From assembly GCF_016432865.1 (NCBI RefSeq), contig NC_067400.1:426746001-426810000 (forward strand): a stretch of 64,000 nucleotides of DNA, written 5' to 3'. How positions within the stretch are numbered: the stretch's first letter is position 1; each line of letters opens with the position of its first letter. The stretch comes from Antechinus flavipes. Lineage: Eukaryota. Below are positions 39,075-52,755 of the stretch, piece by piece. The translations under genes were made by a program, and so were the position numbers. The notes under the pieces were generated by a model. That model was not told where the DNA came from. It made no database searches and was given only the letters and a program-made list of their open reading frames with translations.

Positions 39075-39430
39075 TTTAATTGTCTTAGATGATTTCAAGG
39101 TCCACTTAGCCTTCATTATTATTGAAGTTTTAGCAGGCTTGGTCAATGACTTCTAAAAGTAAAAGCTACAGGCCTAGGAAAAGCAAATGTTCCAATTTTT
39201 AAAAAAGAGAAGTGAGTTCCAGAAATGTCAATAGGCTTTGTGGGCCAGAAACAGGTAGGAAGGGATTCCACAGAATCACAACTGCCAGAACTGATGATTG
39301 GTGGATTTCATTTTCACTGCGAAGCTTATTCATGCTGAAATATGCAGTCATTCAACCATGCTTTTCTTTCTGCTTAACTTCACTGAAGTTGTGTTTTGAG
39401 ATGTCAAGTTACCAAATAAATTAACTTATG
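39075..39430 (+). mobile_element. CR1/L3 ORF2 fragment
   Basis: ggaaaagcaaatgttccaatttttaaaaaag resembles the CR1 KANV-PIFKKG motif. Confidence 0.5.
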
Positions 39431-41103
39431 AGCTATCTCCACAGCTTGCTAGGCCATAGGGTTGTAGAATTAGAACTTTAAAATTAGAAAGAATTTTAGA
39501 GAAGATTTAATTTTGCCTCTTCAATCTACAAATGAGGAAATTGAAATCCAAAGAATCAAAATCACTTAGATAGCAGGAAGCAACAATTTTGTTTACAAGC
39601 CTTGGATGTATGCTCTTTGAGCCAAGGACTATCTCATTCTTATAAGCACCTCCTCAGTTCCTAGTACAATCCTAGTATATATTGGGTGCTTAATAAATAC
39701 TTGTTAGTTGATTGATTAGGCAATACTTATGCTCCAGGTCAGTGAGTTCTCACTTTTGAAACTCTCCTCTTCTCTTCCATCCCCATTCATTTCTTACTTT
39801 CATAAGACTTCAGCAGAGTTGTAATCAAGGAATAAAGTAGTAGGTGCCTAATAAACCAACAAATATCTTTAAGTACCTATTGTGTTCCAGGTCTTGTAAC
39901 AGGTGCTAGAAATACAAATGCATTCATCTAAGAATGGATTCTATGAAAGCTAATAGAAAGACTTCCATCCAACAGCACTTAAGAGGTTTTTTTTTAATCA
40001 TTCCTCTTTCTGTTTCTTGAAGTTAAACAACATGAAGTATGGAATCCAGATTGATTGTGATAGCTTTATCTGAATTACCCAAATACTGGAGATGTGATAA
40101 GATTCCCTCCTTCTCTTGTCCTGCACACAATCAATCTGGAATCTGTTATAATTACAAGATAACATTACTTGAATTACCCAAATTCTGGATATGTGATGAG
40201 ACTCCCTCCTTCTCTTGCCTGTGATTGGCATGTGCCACCATCAGGCTTCCTTCACTGGCTCAATTAACCATTCATATGCCATGGAAGTGAAAGTTTATTT
40301 TTGGTGCCCTGTGGTTCTTTGTGAGCTTTCAGGATTTGGTGGCACTTAAATAGTGTCATGTGAGGAGAAACAATGGCAAGTCAGAAGCCTATGAGCTGAC
40401 ATAGATTTGAAACTCCACCTTCACCTGCACAAAGGAGAAAAGTGGGGAACCAGCCAACTGTAACATCTGCTGATATTCTGTGCATTAAAAAGACTTGTTA
40501 GGCCTTGTTTTTTCTCCATTTTCCTTCAAAATGTTATATTTATTAAATAAAAAAATGATTTGTTATATCAGTTAATGTTAAAATCTTGAAGGTCATATAA
40601 GAGCTTCTCCAACTTTGCAATAGACATAGTGAAAGTTTTGTGGGATATATATCTTTAATGGTTATTGATACCTCATAACCAGAATTGGCTTCTGTTCTGT
40701 GTTCCTAGTCATTTGTGAGAACTTTTTAAAATATTCCAATGTTCTGAAGCATCTTGCCATTGACCATATGTGCACAACACAACTTTCAAGCTTTTCAATT
40801 AATTACAGCTAAGTCCTGACTCATTATCACACTGCATATTTCTAGTGGGCTGGAACCAGTGACCATATTTTAGGTAATTATAACTTTGAATAATGCAAAT
40901 TAGAATACATGCCACCACTCTAAGGGATCTACTATTCATACTAATCTGAGAACTAGCTATAAATCAGATCACTCCAATGCCAGGTGATATGAATTGCTTT
41001 GATAGCAAATGGTATGCTTTCCTCAAGATGACTGTTGTTACAAAAATCTATTTTCTGCTTCCTGGAATCTTTAAGTGTAATTCTTCCCAATCTGAGCAGA
41101 TAT

Positions 41104-41656
41104 TGTAATGCTGGAGAAATTGAGGCAGGAGAGCGATTAGAGAGTTTATTTAATATTTTATTAATTGGAGAACATAATTGACTGAACAGGATTCTTGTCT
41201 CAAATTCAATGGAGAGATATACTGGGACCAATGGATCCATGTTCGTCCCAGGGCTGGACAAGACTGTCATCTCAAAGAATCCAGCACAATGGGAGAATCC
41301 CAAATCCTTAAATACCTTTTACAGACAAAGAAGGGGACAGAAGCAGGAAACTTCTTCACAGACCCATTTGGCTCTGTCAAGATGGGGGGAGGCTATAAAT
41401 TCCTACTAAAAGCCAGAGTCAGGATGTCTGAATAAACAGAAGTAAATTCTTGAGGACCAAAGGAGTCAGGAAGTCTGAACTCCCCCTTACCTTGATTCTT
41501 ACTAGCAATTTATAACCTTAGAGCAAATGGTCCTCAGTCTTAATGGACCAGATCGGGGTTTTACGACTAAGGGGGTTGAAACAGAACTGAGATAGAACAA
41601 TTCAGGGAAACTAGTGCAGGGAAACTGAGGTAGAACAGTTCAAAGAGACTGTCACA
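41104..41656 (-). mobile_element. Solo LTR, same family as 63554-64000
   Basis: TG...CA termini; TTTATT at 41145-41150 (poly(A) signal on -); 41240-41290 and 41620-41656 match the reverse complement of the 63554 LTR. No clear TSD. Confidence 0.75.
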
Positions 41657-42760
41657 TAACAGTATTGGCATATTGCTGTGCCTAAAATGATCTGTAGCTC
41701 TTTTGGAGAAGACAATTCCTATAGTTACCAACCCAGTTGGCAAGAACTTGATGGTGCCTTTGTGACACATAGTGATACAATCCCAATGGCCAGGAGCTAG
41801 TCTTAAACTATTCTTAAAATAAAATTTACTTTAGTCAAGAAGCTTCATTAGAGGGCTTTTTCACACCCCTCCCCAGAGAAGGGTTAGGGTAAAGTGAAGG
41901 ATAATCTTCACCTTGGGCAGGAGAGGCAAAGCTAGGAGGAGTTAAAAGGAAAACAGATGTCATCCAAAAAGATAGGCTGGGTCAGTAATTGGAATTTCTT
42001 TGAAGTGCCAGGATCCACAGGTTTGAGACAAGCAGGTGAACTGGTTAACAGTGAAAAATTCAGACATATGTGAATACTTAAATTAGAATGTCAAATTTCA
42101 TTGAGTCTGCAGGAGTTGTCACTCTTTCCAATTTAAAGCTTAGGTTTCTAGTGCTAAGGTTTGTATGCCCCACCCGAAGCTGGCCCCGATTAGGCAGATA
42201 GGTGAGATTGTCTGTGCCTTCAGTAATTTGGCTATTCCTGCCAAGTTAGAGCCTTTTACTCCATCTAAGAAATTTCTCAAACTGCTTTGTCAAGACACCT
42301 GAAACAGCTTGTAGCAGCAATGACCTCACTGGGCTTTGTTTTCACTGGAAAATTTAAATATCTGTATAATTAGTAGTGGTTCTATTGGGAAATATGTTTT
42401 CAGTAATCCCACAAGTATACCAAGTACAGGTGATTCAAGAGAAGGAAAGTATTTTTCTTATGATGTGTTTTTCTTTGCCACAGACTGTCAATAGAAGTAA
42501 AACATATAAATAGCCAGGTATTTGATATACATATATACACACACAAACATATATACATACATACATACATATGTGTATGTGTATTCATATCCACATTATT
42601 TTGTTATTGTTCAGTTGTTTCAGTTATGTCCAACTCTTTTTAATCCTTTTTTTTTCTTAACAAAAGTACTGAGGTGCTTTTCCATTTCTATATAACACCA
42701 AACTATATAGCAAACTATATAATAAATAAATGTATATATACATACATATACATATAAAAC

Positions 42761-43220
42761 TGTAATAATATTCTCTAAAGTGTAATCTTCTCTGGGAGCA
42801 GGTTTTTTTGGGGGGCTTCTGGAGACAGCCTTCATTTCAGTTCAGAATAATAATCATCTCAAATGTAGCCAGGGATTAAAGTCCAAATCCTTTATTGTAT
42901 CCATCTAAGTCTTGTCCTTCCTTGGGCCTGGTTAACTTTCTTAGAGGCCTATCTCTCTCCTTAGTTCCAAGAGCTCCTGCCGCTAATTCTTTGCCTCTGC
43001 CAGCTTCAGCCTCTCTCCTTCGAAAGTCTCCAGCCAACACAAAGGTGGAAATTGGAATGAAATTGACTCTGCCTCTGAGAGTGGGCTTGTGCTCTTTTAT
43101 GGGCTTGTGGGAGCTTCTCCTTATATATGCTCTCTTAAAGGTGTGAATCTTGTGGAACTCTAATAAGTACTAAGTATATTAATGAACTAGAGAATTGTTA
43201 AGCACCCTGCTAAACAACCA
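42761..43220 (-). mobile_element. Solo LTR, same family as 26217 and 60659
   Basis: tgtaataatattctctaaagtgtaat...gggagcagg...ggggcttctggagacagcc...aaagtccaaatcctttattgt is the reverse complement of the 3' part of the 26217 LTR. The right boundary is approximate. Confidence 0.8.
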
Positions 43221-44264
43221 TTGTCTCTATCAATTCCACTGACAGCACCTTGTAAGAATTCTAACATAAAATTATATATATATTTACTTGATAAATGGGT
43301 TTTCATTCACTATCTGATATTTGTGATGCTCTTTTATACTAGCATTTGGTGAGAAAGAATGAAACTAGTGAGACTAAACTAGGAGCTACCTACATCCCTT
43401 TAAACAATAATGAAAAAGAAAGCAGTTTTGTTCAGAATCTATTAACTCCTAAATCAGCAATATTTAAAGTGGCAGATAAATACAATTCCAGTCCAATGCC
43501 CCCTCAGAGAGTAGAGTTGAATGCCTAATAGTGCCTGGGGCTTCCCTGTCTCAACCTCTTCCCAATTCCCCAGCTATCATCATTAGATCCAAACCTCATC
43601 ACAAGCCACATTTAAACAACTAATGTACACATCTTTAACATGTGCAGCATGTATCATGCTTATTAAAACATAACATTAAAAATAGTTTTATAGTTAATAT
43701 AATAATGAGAATCTCATCATTGAAACTGGCTTTATAGATAGAAACCATTATTAATGGTTGGCCTCTTGCTTTCCAAATTTCTTAAACTGTAGTATTTTAT
43801 TTTAAATTTGTTAATTAATATCCTCTCCTTTACTATCTAATTTTGTATATCCTTTTGTTCTTTTGTATAGCAAAGACTTCTTTGAGAGAAATCTATTCAC
43901 CTACTTAATGGGAGGAAGTATTCTAAGTGTAGTAGAATATAAATAATGTCTATAGATGTAATATAAATGTAAATCATGGTTAAAGTATATAATTAACATA
44001 TAAGTCTAATCTTCTTTTGAGGATATGCTTTAAAAAAAAAAAAAAAAAAACCTCAGATACCGTATACCCAATTTACCAGTCATTTTGCAATTAGAATTCT
44101 TTGAATTTTTAGAACTAAGTTTAAACATTTACTGTCATTAACTTTTTTGATAAATTTTATCCTCTTGAAAAATTTCCTTTCCTAACATTCTCTCACTCTT
44201 CTTCTCAGGGTTCTAATATATTCTTAGAAGTTTCCAGTCATTCCATTTCCTTGAAATCCTAGCA

Positions 44265-44308
44265 GACAGACAGAAACAGAGACAGAGACAGAGACAGAGA
44301 GACAGAGA
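44265..44308. repeat. (GAGACA)n simple repeat
   Basis: Seen directly. Confidence 0.9.
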
Positions 44309-47300
44309 GTTTAGTTGACATTCTCACTGTTTATGCTTATTGAGGGGAGTGAAAAGCTAAAGCACAAAAACTTTTAGAATCAGATCTATAATCTCATTAA
44401 TGTGTCTGTCCTTTGCCCCTTCCCATTTATTAAAACAGTCAAGAAGTACTTATTAAGTTCCTACAATATGCTAGACATTAGGCTAGGAAGACAAAAACAA
44501 AACTGCTACTTTCAGGAAATGACATGTAGATTATAATACATTTTCTAAAACTGATGTCTATTTCCTTCCTTAAGGGTGTTTGATGGGTGTGAGGTAAAGG
44601 AAATTCACCCAAAGTTTTGGAGTTTTCCTCACTTCACATCATTGTAGACATAGCAAAAGATCACAAAGTTGGTTATCTTTTATTCTTGCCACAGGACATC
44701 TTTTTGCTCATTTAGACATTTCTTTGATGACTTCCTACTCCTTCCTAATTTTTTACTTTTAAGGTATTGCTGCCTGTTTGTATTTAGTATATGCCTCTCC
44801 AGTGTTCTTTGAATTATTTTCATTTTCAATTCTTTAGAGATTATAGAAATATCCTCTGACGCACAGCTCCACAACAGCACTTAAAAAAAAAAAAAACTAT
44901 CATGGGCTCCTTTGTCTTCTGAAATAACAATAATACATTCTGTCCCCTCTTACAAACCAAGTAATTGCTCTGATCTAATAGAACATCAATTTAAATTGTG
45001 ACCTGGCATTTTGGGAAGACTCCTAAGGTTCAAGGACAGTGCTAACTTTTTCCAAAATTAAATGTTTCTGGGATTGTTGTTGTTTTTTGACTCTTTTTGA
45101 AAGTAAACAAGTTGAATGTATTGTGTAGCATCGCTTCATCTTTTAATCTTAATGTCAACTGATCCCCTAGAAGCAATTATTTATAAAACTCTTTTACTCT
45201 GTTGATATGCATTTAAATCTTTCCAATTATGCCAGCATACAACTGTTCAGTAGGAACCACTTAAAAATGACTGAATATAGACAAGTAGAACTTCCTCTTA
45301 AGTTCAGTTATCTAGGGAAGTACTTATGGGACTAAGCAAGTACAGGTGTTGTGGCCATCTTGGTTTTCTTACTCAGACAAATCAAAACTGTGGCTCCATC
45401 CTTTTCTAAAGTTTGAATCTCACCTATTTGGTAAATTTAGATTACAAATTCTTTGGGCAAAAGTCTTTTTTATGTTCGACAATGTGATTACTAATAACTG
45501 CATATGATTTGAGAACAGAAATTCATTATTTAAATTTGCCTTTTTAAAGTTTGAAGAGAGCCATATGACAAATAATTTTGATGACAGTAACCATAGTATA
45601 TATGAAAGGATTAATTGCAGGAATTTTTTTCCCCACTGAAAGAACTGGTTAGTACAAGAGTACATTCTTAGCCAATGAAGAGATATTCTACAAAGAAAAA
45701 TGAACTTTTAAAGAATTCATATTTATATGCTTATATTTATATGGAACTGGACTGATTTTGCAGATTAGGAAAAATGGGATTTTTTTAATTACAGATGAAA
45801 TGTGGATATAATGTTTAGAAAATACATCTTGGATAAATGTTATAAATATATACAATTCACCAAATTTTACTGTATTCTGTTGTTGGGTAGTTAATATATG
45901 TGCTAATTAATGCATTTTCTAGGAGTAAGCAAGAGATTTCAACAGATATTTATTAAAATGAACTAAAGAAAATCACTCTCAATATGTAGGTATGATATAT
46001 TGTCTGGAAAATCTCTTGAATTGGACTGGCATATGTAATTTATACTGAAATTCCTTTTCACTATAGTAAAATTTGGTTGTTCACCAAAACCATTTGAATG
46101 TGCTGGACTATAGGAGAAACCTTTAGAGGTTAATGAAGAATGGTCCAAGGGGTTGAGTTTAATGGGTTAAATCTCCACTCTTATTTATCTTTTAGTTTGT
46201 AGTATCATGTGGGAATTTGAGTGTCTTTTAGCAAGACATAGAATGGGAATTACTCTGCTGCAGTACATAAGTTCCAGTCTCATCACAAAAATCACAACAA
46301 TATGGTTTCATTTATGTGACACCAACGGTACCTCACATTTTATTTTTATAAATCTCTAAAATTCAAACAAGCCACTGCATTTTCATTTGGAAAATACAAT
46401 ACACCTGAAGTTCTGGGTTTATATGGACAGAATTCAAATTCTAGAAAATCTTTTTATACATAGGAACCCTATACATAGGAACCTTAAAAGTTGACTATGA
46501 CAAAGAAGGGTCTCAGTCATTATACACATATTCAGATTAACTATAGAAAAGGTTTTATTTAAACCCCTCAAAATTCAAAAGACCCATACACAAACCTATA
46601 AACTACCAAAATAACTTTCCTCACTGATAAGAATTAGTCATTTAAATTTGCCTTTTTAAAATTTGAAGAGAGGTATATGACAAATAACTTTGATGACAGT
46701 AACCATAGTTGATGTATAAAAGGATTAATTGCAGAGATTTTTCCCCTGTATAATCTTCCAGGTTTGTTTTTCTATCATGGATTCCTCACTTTTACTCTTC
46801 AAAAGGGGATGGGAAAAGGGTTGCCAGGGAGTGAGTCAGTCTTATCCTTTAGTAGTTCTTCTTTCAGCACATATACTTTCAAGCTCACTCACAATATCAG
46901 CTAACAGAATGGTTTAGGTTGCTCCTTCACTTTGTGGCTCATCTTTGCCTCTGGGTCTCTTTTGATGCTGGCTCACAGGTATACAAGGTTCATTTTATGG
47001 GCCACATGTCTGTTCAAGTCTCTCTTCAATTCCATTTCCAGTTTGATGTGGCTCTGTTGTTTCTACATCTATTCTCTCTTTCAAGAAGACCTTTCTTCTA
47101 TTTGCTTCTATTTGTGATTTACTTGGTGCTGGTTTGTAGATGTACACAGCAGGAAACCAAGCCCCTCCAATATTCTCTCTTCTCTCTATCTGGTTATCTT
47201 TGTTTCTCTTTCTCCGCCACTGTCTCTATTTTTGCCTATTGATGATTACTGCTTCTGACCTTGCATTTGAAAGCAAATGAAATAATTGATCAGTTCTAAG

Positions 47301-49926
47301 GCATCCTCGGGTATATGATCTAGCCAAGAATTTGAGGCCTTTTTTCCTGATGCTGAATCATCATTTCTGCCATAAGATTCTGGGCAATGGAAATTCTCAC
47401 TTGATCTAAGGAATTTATAATAGCTGAGGAGACACAAGAAGTAAGCACTCATTGAGCTCCTCCATGGGCATGCTAGGACATAACCACTAGACATATAACT
47501 ATAAATGCAATTATTTGTCAGTAGTTTTTGTCACTATCTACAGCATGCAAACTATTCTTGCCTAGAACACACAAACATCTTGCATGGATGAATAGCATGG
47601 GGTGATTAAGGGGAGAATCTTGAACAAACTGAACAGACATTCATCTAGTAGTAGGCTTTGACCTACATTCTTCAAAATTCATAGAATTGTTGGTAATTTG
47701 GGGCTCTAGGAAGTTGTAAATCACTTTACATGATTCAGCAAAGTTCCCTTTCTTGGTAGAGATGCAGAATTCCTTTGCAAGGAAGCTTCAGTTGCAAACT
47801 TAATCCATACCAATTACTGCACATGAAACTAAATTGGGTAAGTATCTTGGTTCAATTCCAACTTGAGTACTGTTGAAATTAATTTGGTTTAGATTCAGAT
47901 AAAGTCAAGTAAAAGAACTGGTTCTATTCATTTCCTAATTCAGATAAAAAGAGCTAGTTCATTCAGCATTTTAATGCTTATCTGTGAGAATGACCTGCAT
48001 TAATGCAAAGGAAAAAGATAGAAACCAATAAAGGCAGAAACTGTAAAAAATCATTGTCCACACCTAAGAAATGATCACTGAGATAAGCAAACTGTATATT
48101 GTTCAAGAAAGGAGCAAGGAAAAATATGACTACCTGATATATTTAGTCATCAATTGTGAAGTAAAATTAAAGTTTATTTTATAACTAATGCCATTCTTTT
48201 GCAATAGTTTTTCTACTCAGATTAAATATACATAGGAAATATGAATGCTATTATTCACTGGAGCATCCTTATTTTCTGTTTCTATTCTTAAAGATTTGAG
48301 TGGGGTTTTTTCTATTCAAGATAGAAATTGTTTTGTGTTGTTTTTGGACTAAAAAAATTTGCTTGTGGAGCTGGTAGTCATCCCTCTCCCCCATGCTTTT
48401 CTATAAATTCTATCATTGTTTGCTTGATATCTGAGATTCTCAATATTTAACCAACTCTCTTTTGGTTGAAGTCACCAGCTACCCTTGCAAATTCAGAAGC
48501 TCAGAAGGCTCAATACATGAACAGATTTACAAAAAGAATTTATAACAGTTCTTGTAGAAAATAAAAATATTTATCAATGAGCAGCCTTTCTCCAAAAATT
48601 TTTATAGTCTCAGTTATTTACAGTACTGTCTAAGAGTAAGAGATCATCAAGAGATGCTCTTCACCATTAAAGTGCATTAGCATTTTCCCTTGTTATGATC
48701 TGCTACTATGCCTTTATTCCATGCCTCTTGTAAATTTCTTCAGCTCCCAAAAGATACCAGTTAGATACCAAACAACATCAACAACAACAAAAACCCAAGA
48801 GCCTATGAGCCTCTTAAAAATATATAATGACTTGCAGGAAGCTGCCTCTGGTTTATAGTATCCCCCTCTACCTATTTTTTGCTAGAAATTTCTGTTCTCC
48901 ATGATGGATTCTTTATATATTTCTATGTTGTTTTTTTCATTAGCCAATACCTAGTAAATCATTGTTTGTCACACCAGAGATAAAAAACTAAGCAGATGAA
49001 TCTGAATATGAATCTACTTTTCCTAATAAAATATATGACCTTTGGTGATCTACCCTGTTATAATAGTGATAAGAATTCATATACATCTCACATATAGACT
49101 AGCAGTGATGACAACCTTGGAGAAACTAAATGTCTCAAGGAAATCAGGCAGGACCATCACAGTTGTGAGTTCCTCCTATTTGCCAGAAATCCCAGATCAC
49201 CCACTCTCACCACTTGATCATTATTGTGACTGGAACCAATTGGAGGCATTTTTTTTTTGCCCCAAATCTTTTTCTTTGTTGTTCTTATTCACTTATTTTC
49301 TAGTTGTTTCTGTTTGATTCTTTTTTTTTAAACCCTCTCAGTTCTATAATAGTTATAAAGGACATAGTTGGTAATCCTTTTCCAACAGTTTCTCTCACTA
49401 TAGTCTTCCTAAGTCTCATTGAGTGTGGATCACAACAGAGTATTTTCACTATTTTTGTTGTTGTTTGCTTGCATTTCATTTTCTTTCTCATTTTTCTCCT
49501 TTTTTTGATCTGATTTTTCTTATGCAGCATAATATTTGTGGAAATATGTATAGAAGAATTGCACATGTTTAGCAAACTTGGATTACTTGCCTCTAATGGA
49601 GAGGGTAGAGGGAAGAAAGGAGAAAAACATTTTGGAACACAAGGTTTTGCAAGGATGAATGTTGAAAACTCTCTATTCAAGTGTTTTGAAAATTTAAAGC
49701 TTTACATATATATATATATATATATATAAAGGACAGAAAATAGTGGTCATTCTCTGGTTAACCAAATCCTTTAAGATCCCTGGCAGTGAGCATGACAGCT
49801 CAAAACAAAACAAAAAACCCCACAGCTGATTGTACCTTGATTTTTAATGATTTCTCTTAAATGAGTCTCAGGCCAGATCAAGTGGTTTGGGAATAATTTG
49901 GCAAAATAAAAGTACTCTGAGCGCTA

Positions 49927-50125
49927 GCAAGAGTTCTCAACCTGGGGTTCACAAATTTGTTTTTAAAAATATTTAATAAGTATATCCTGATCTAATTAGT
50001 TTCTTTTTATTAGGACTTTGCCTATTTAAAAACATTATTCTAAGAAAGGTTTCATGAGACTGCAAAAAGCAATCATGAAATGAAAAAAAAAAAAAAAAAA
50101 AAAAAAAAGGTTAAGAACTCCTGAC
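49927..50125. mobile_element. hAT-Charlie/MER5-like non-autonomous DNA transposon relic
   Basis: Inverted ends gagttctcaacct... and ...aggttaagaactc; internal poly-A expansion. Confidence 0.6.
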
Positions 50126-50849
50126 TAAAGAAACCATCTTCCTTTGTGCATTACAAACTGATCTCTAAACCTAGATAGAGATCTACATTCTGTCTCACAT
50201 GACTTGTTCCAGTTAGAATCTTCTTTTTTTCTTCACTCAGGCAGGCTAGACTAGCTAGTGAATCAATAATCCTCCAGGGCATAGATGCTCTAGTGAAACA
50301 ATCTATTATCTCTTCAATTGTCTCTCAATCCACCAGAATTCCCCTTGGGCAGTTGGGCAGAGTTATTCAAATTTTTCAGGGATGCTTCCTGAAACTGGTA
50401 AGAGTTTCCTCCTGGCATAACTGTTTCCCAGAATAACATTTTACTTTGCCCTACACATACATTTTTTAATTGTAATGATGTAAAATAAAACATTCAAGGG
50501 ATTTTTTTTTTGGTCACAGTAATATTTGGTGGTTGCTACTATGAAAACTTCTGTGTCTAAAATTAGAAGAATAGACAAACTAAATTAACCAAGTTGATCG
50601 ATAGGTGAAGACTTTTTTTCAGCGAAAGCAATTCATTAAATTAAGTTATATGCAACATAGTTGCTCTTGACCCACTCAGGGCCAGGACTGTTATTTCCCT
50701 GTTATTTCCTCTCTATCCCCAAGTTTCTCAGGCACTAGGTTGTTTGAGGTCTCTCTTCTCTGCTATCAGCTTGAAACCCTACTGGCTTTTCCCTCCCCTA
50801 TTTTGGGGACTCAGTAACTGTTATCCCAGTTTTGCTTTACTTCAGATTT

Positions 50850-51080
50850 GTTGAGTCATTTCAGTTGGGTCCAACTCTCCATGACACTATTTGGGGTTTT
50901 CTTGGCAAAGAGACTGGAATGTAGTTTTTGTCTTTTTCTTCTCCAGTTCCTTTTATAAAGGTTTAAGGTTAAGTGACTTGTTCAGGATCATACAGCTAGA
51001 AAGTGTGTGAGACCAGATTAAACTCAGGAAGATGAGTCTTCCTCACTCCAAGCCCAGGGCCCTACCTACTAAATCACCTA
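50850..51080 (-). mobile_element. MAR1-type SINE
   Basis: ttgttgagtcatttcagttgggtccaactct...ggggttttcttggcaaagagactgga...aagtgacttgttcaggatcatacagctag. Confidence 0.8.
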
Positions 51081-52511
51081 GTCTCCCATTAACTTCAGAT
51101 TAACGTCTATAAAAAAGGATACAGCAAGAACAAAAATACAAATATTTTCCCCAAAATTTGGAGATATAATCTCCACTACCACCCCCACTCCTACCACACA
51201 TATACTTATACTCTACTTTAGTCTTTCAGAATGGGCCAAGGGGAATGGGCTCAGTTTGTTCATAGAGTCAGTCACACAGTTCAAGTCCAAAACCCACTTT
51301 TGGGCTGAAGTCCTGGAATCCTTGCTCCTTGAAGCCTCACTACTGGGCAGGCTATAATCCTTCATCTAGATTCCTGGACTATCAATTCCTATAGTTTGAG
51401 TTCCTGAGCCAGATTTGAGATTCCACTCAAAGATAGGGATTCAGGAATCATTTCTTCCTTCAGATTCAAATACAGCAAAAGCCATAGTTGGGTGCTGAGT
51501 CAAGCCATTTTGAAAATGATAACAGTTCTGGCTACATTGCCAGTGGAAACAGTCCCCTTCAGACTTCATTGGATTTTCATACATATCCCCCACCACCTCC
51601 ATGTGGAAAGGTGCCATTGCAGGTGGTTTTAGAATGCAACAGACCCCTATTACATGTGAAGTATTTACACTGGTGAAATTGCAAATATATAAATAAATGA
51701 AATAAGTAGGCAAATGTTATACCCCCTCAGATATCTGGAAAACCCCTTCCTTGTCATTGAAGTGGGATTAGGAATCATTTTTTTTTCTCAATCACAAATA
51801 CATCTAAATTATAGTCTAGTATTAAGGTTGTTTGTTGTTTATTCTCCAACTATCAATAAATTCTTCATTAAGGATTGATCAAAAATAGCTTTTCTGGCTT
51901 TCTACTTTCCAGATTGAAATGTTCTCTTCTACATAATTTAAAAAGCTCTTTGGCTGAGTCTATAATTTATTTATATATCAGATTGTATGAAATTGTGCCC
52001 ATTGTGATTAAATTCATCCCAGGGTACAAGTATAAAAAAACCCAAAGAGTCCAGGCATTAAATTAAACACAAAGTGTAAATGAAAACAATAATGACTGAC
52101 AAATATTTAAGATCAGTTATATACTCATTTTAAAAGGCATAATATGGTCCTAAATACTAAAAGCCAACAGACATCTTCTAGCAAACTAAGGTTAAGCAGG
52201 AATTACACAAGTGAAAACTCAGAAAATCTCCAGCTTTCATTTCTTAGAAAACAGTTTGCCATGGTGACACAGAGAAAGGTGATCTTTGAAGCATTTCTAG
52301 ACTAATACTGAATTGCTCTCAGAAAAAAATGAGAAAGATTCTACCTCAGTTCTATCAATAACGAATAACCTTTCTTGAGCTTAGCAAACTAATTTATAAA
52401 ACTGGAAGGGTCTCTAAGGCCTCTTCCAGTGCTAACATGTTATGATTTGGTGAATATAAACCACCTAGCATATTATGTTTGGCTATAGTTGATAACTCTT
52501 AGAGCTTCTAG

Positions 52512-52755
52512 GATAGGAATTCTTAAACTTTTTGTGTCATGGACCCCTTTGACATCTGGTAAAGCTGATGATGACCCCTGCTTAGAATAATGTTTTTAAA
52601 TGCATAAAATAAAGTATATAGTATTATAAAGGAAAATAAAGGTTAATGAAAATTAAAAAAAAAAATTTTCCTATCCAAATTCATAGACCTCTTGAAATTT
52701 ACCTATAGATCCTTGAAGGGTTCATGCACCTGGATTTAAAATGTCTGTTCTAGTG
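52512..52755. mobile_element. hAT-Charlie/MER20-like DNA transposon relic
   Basis: ggaattcttaaactttttgtgtcatggacccc...ttagaataatgtttttaaatgcataaaataaa...atttaaaatgtctgttcta. Confidence 0.6.

Noticed and set aside
42033-42046. Adjacent CAGGTG E-box and AACTGGTT GRHL-like site as an epithelial enhancer
   Set aside because: AACTGGTT also occurs near 45643 and 47915, and about 2-3 copies are expected by chance in 64 kb; no independent support.
51441-51713. Overlapping ORFs (62 aa on +, 90 aa on -) with plausible splice acceptors and a TGCTGAGTCA motif
   Set aside because: No recognisable protein family and no matching donor or partner exons; a lncRNA exon cannot be excluded.
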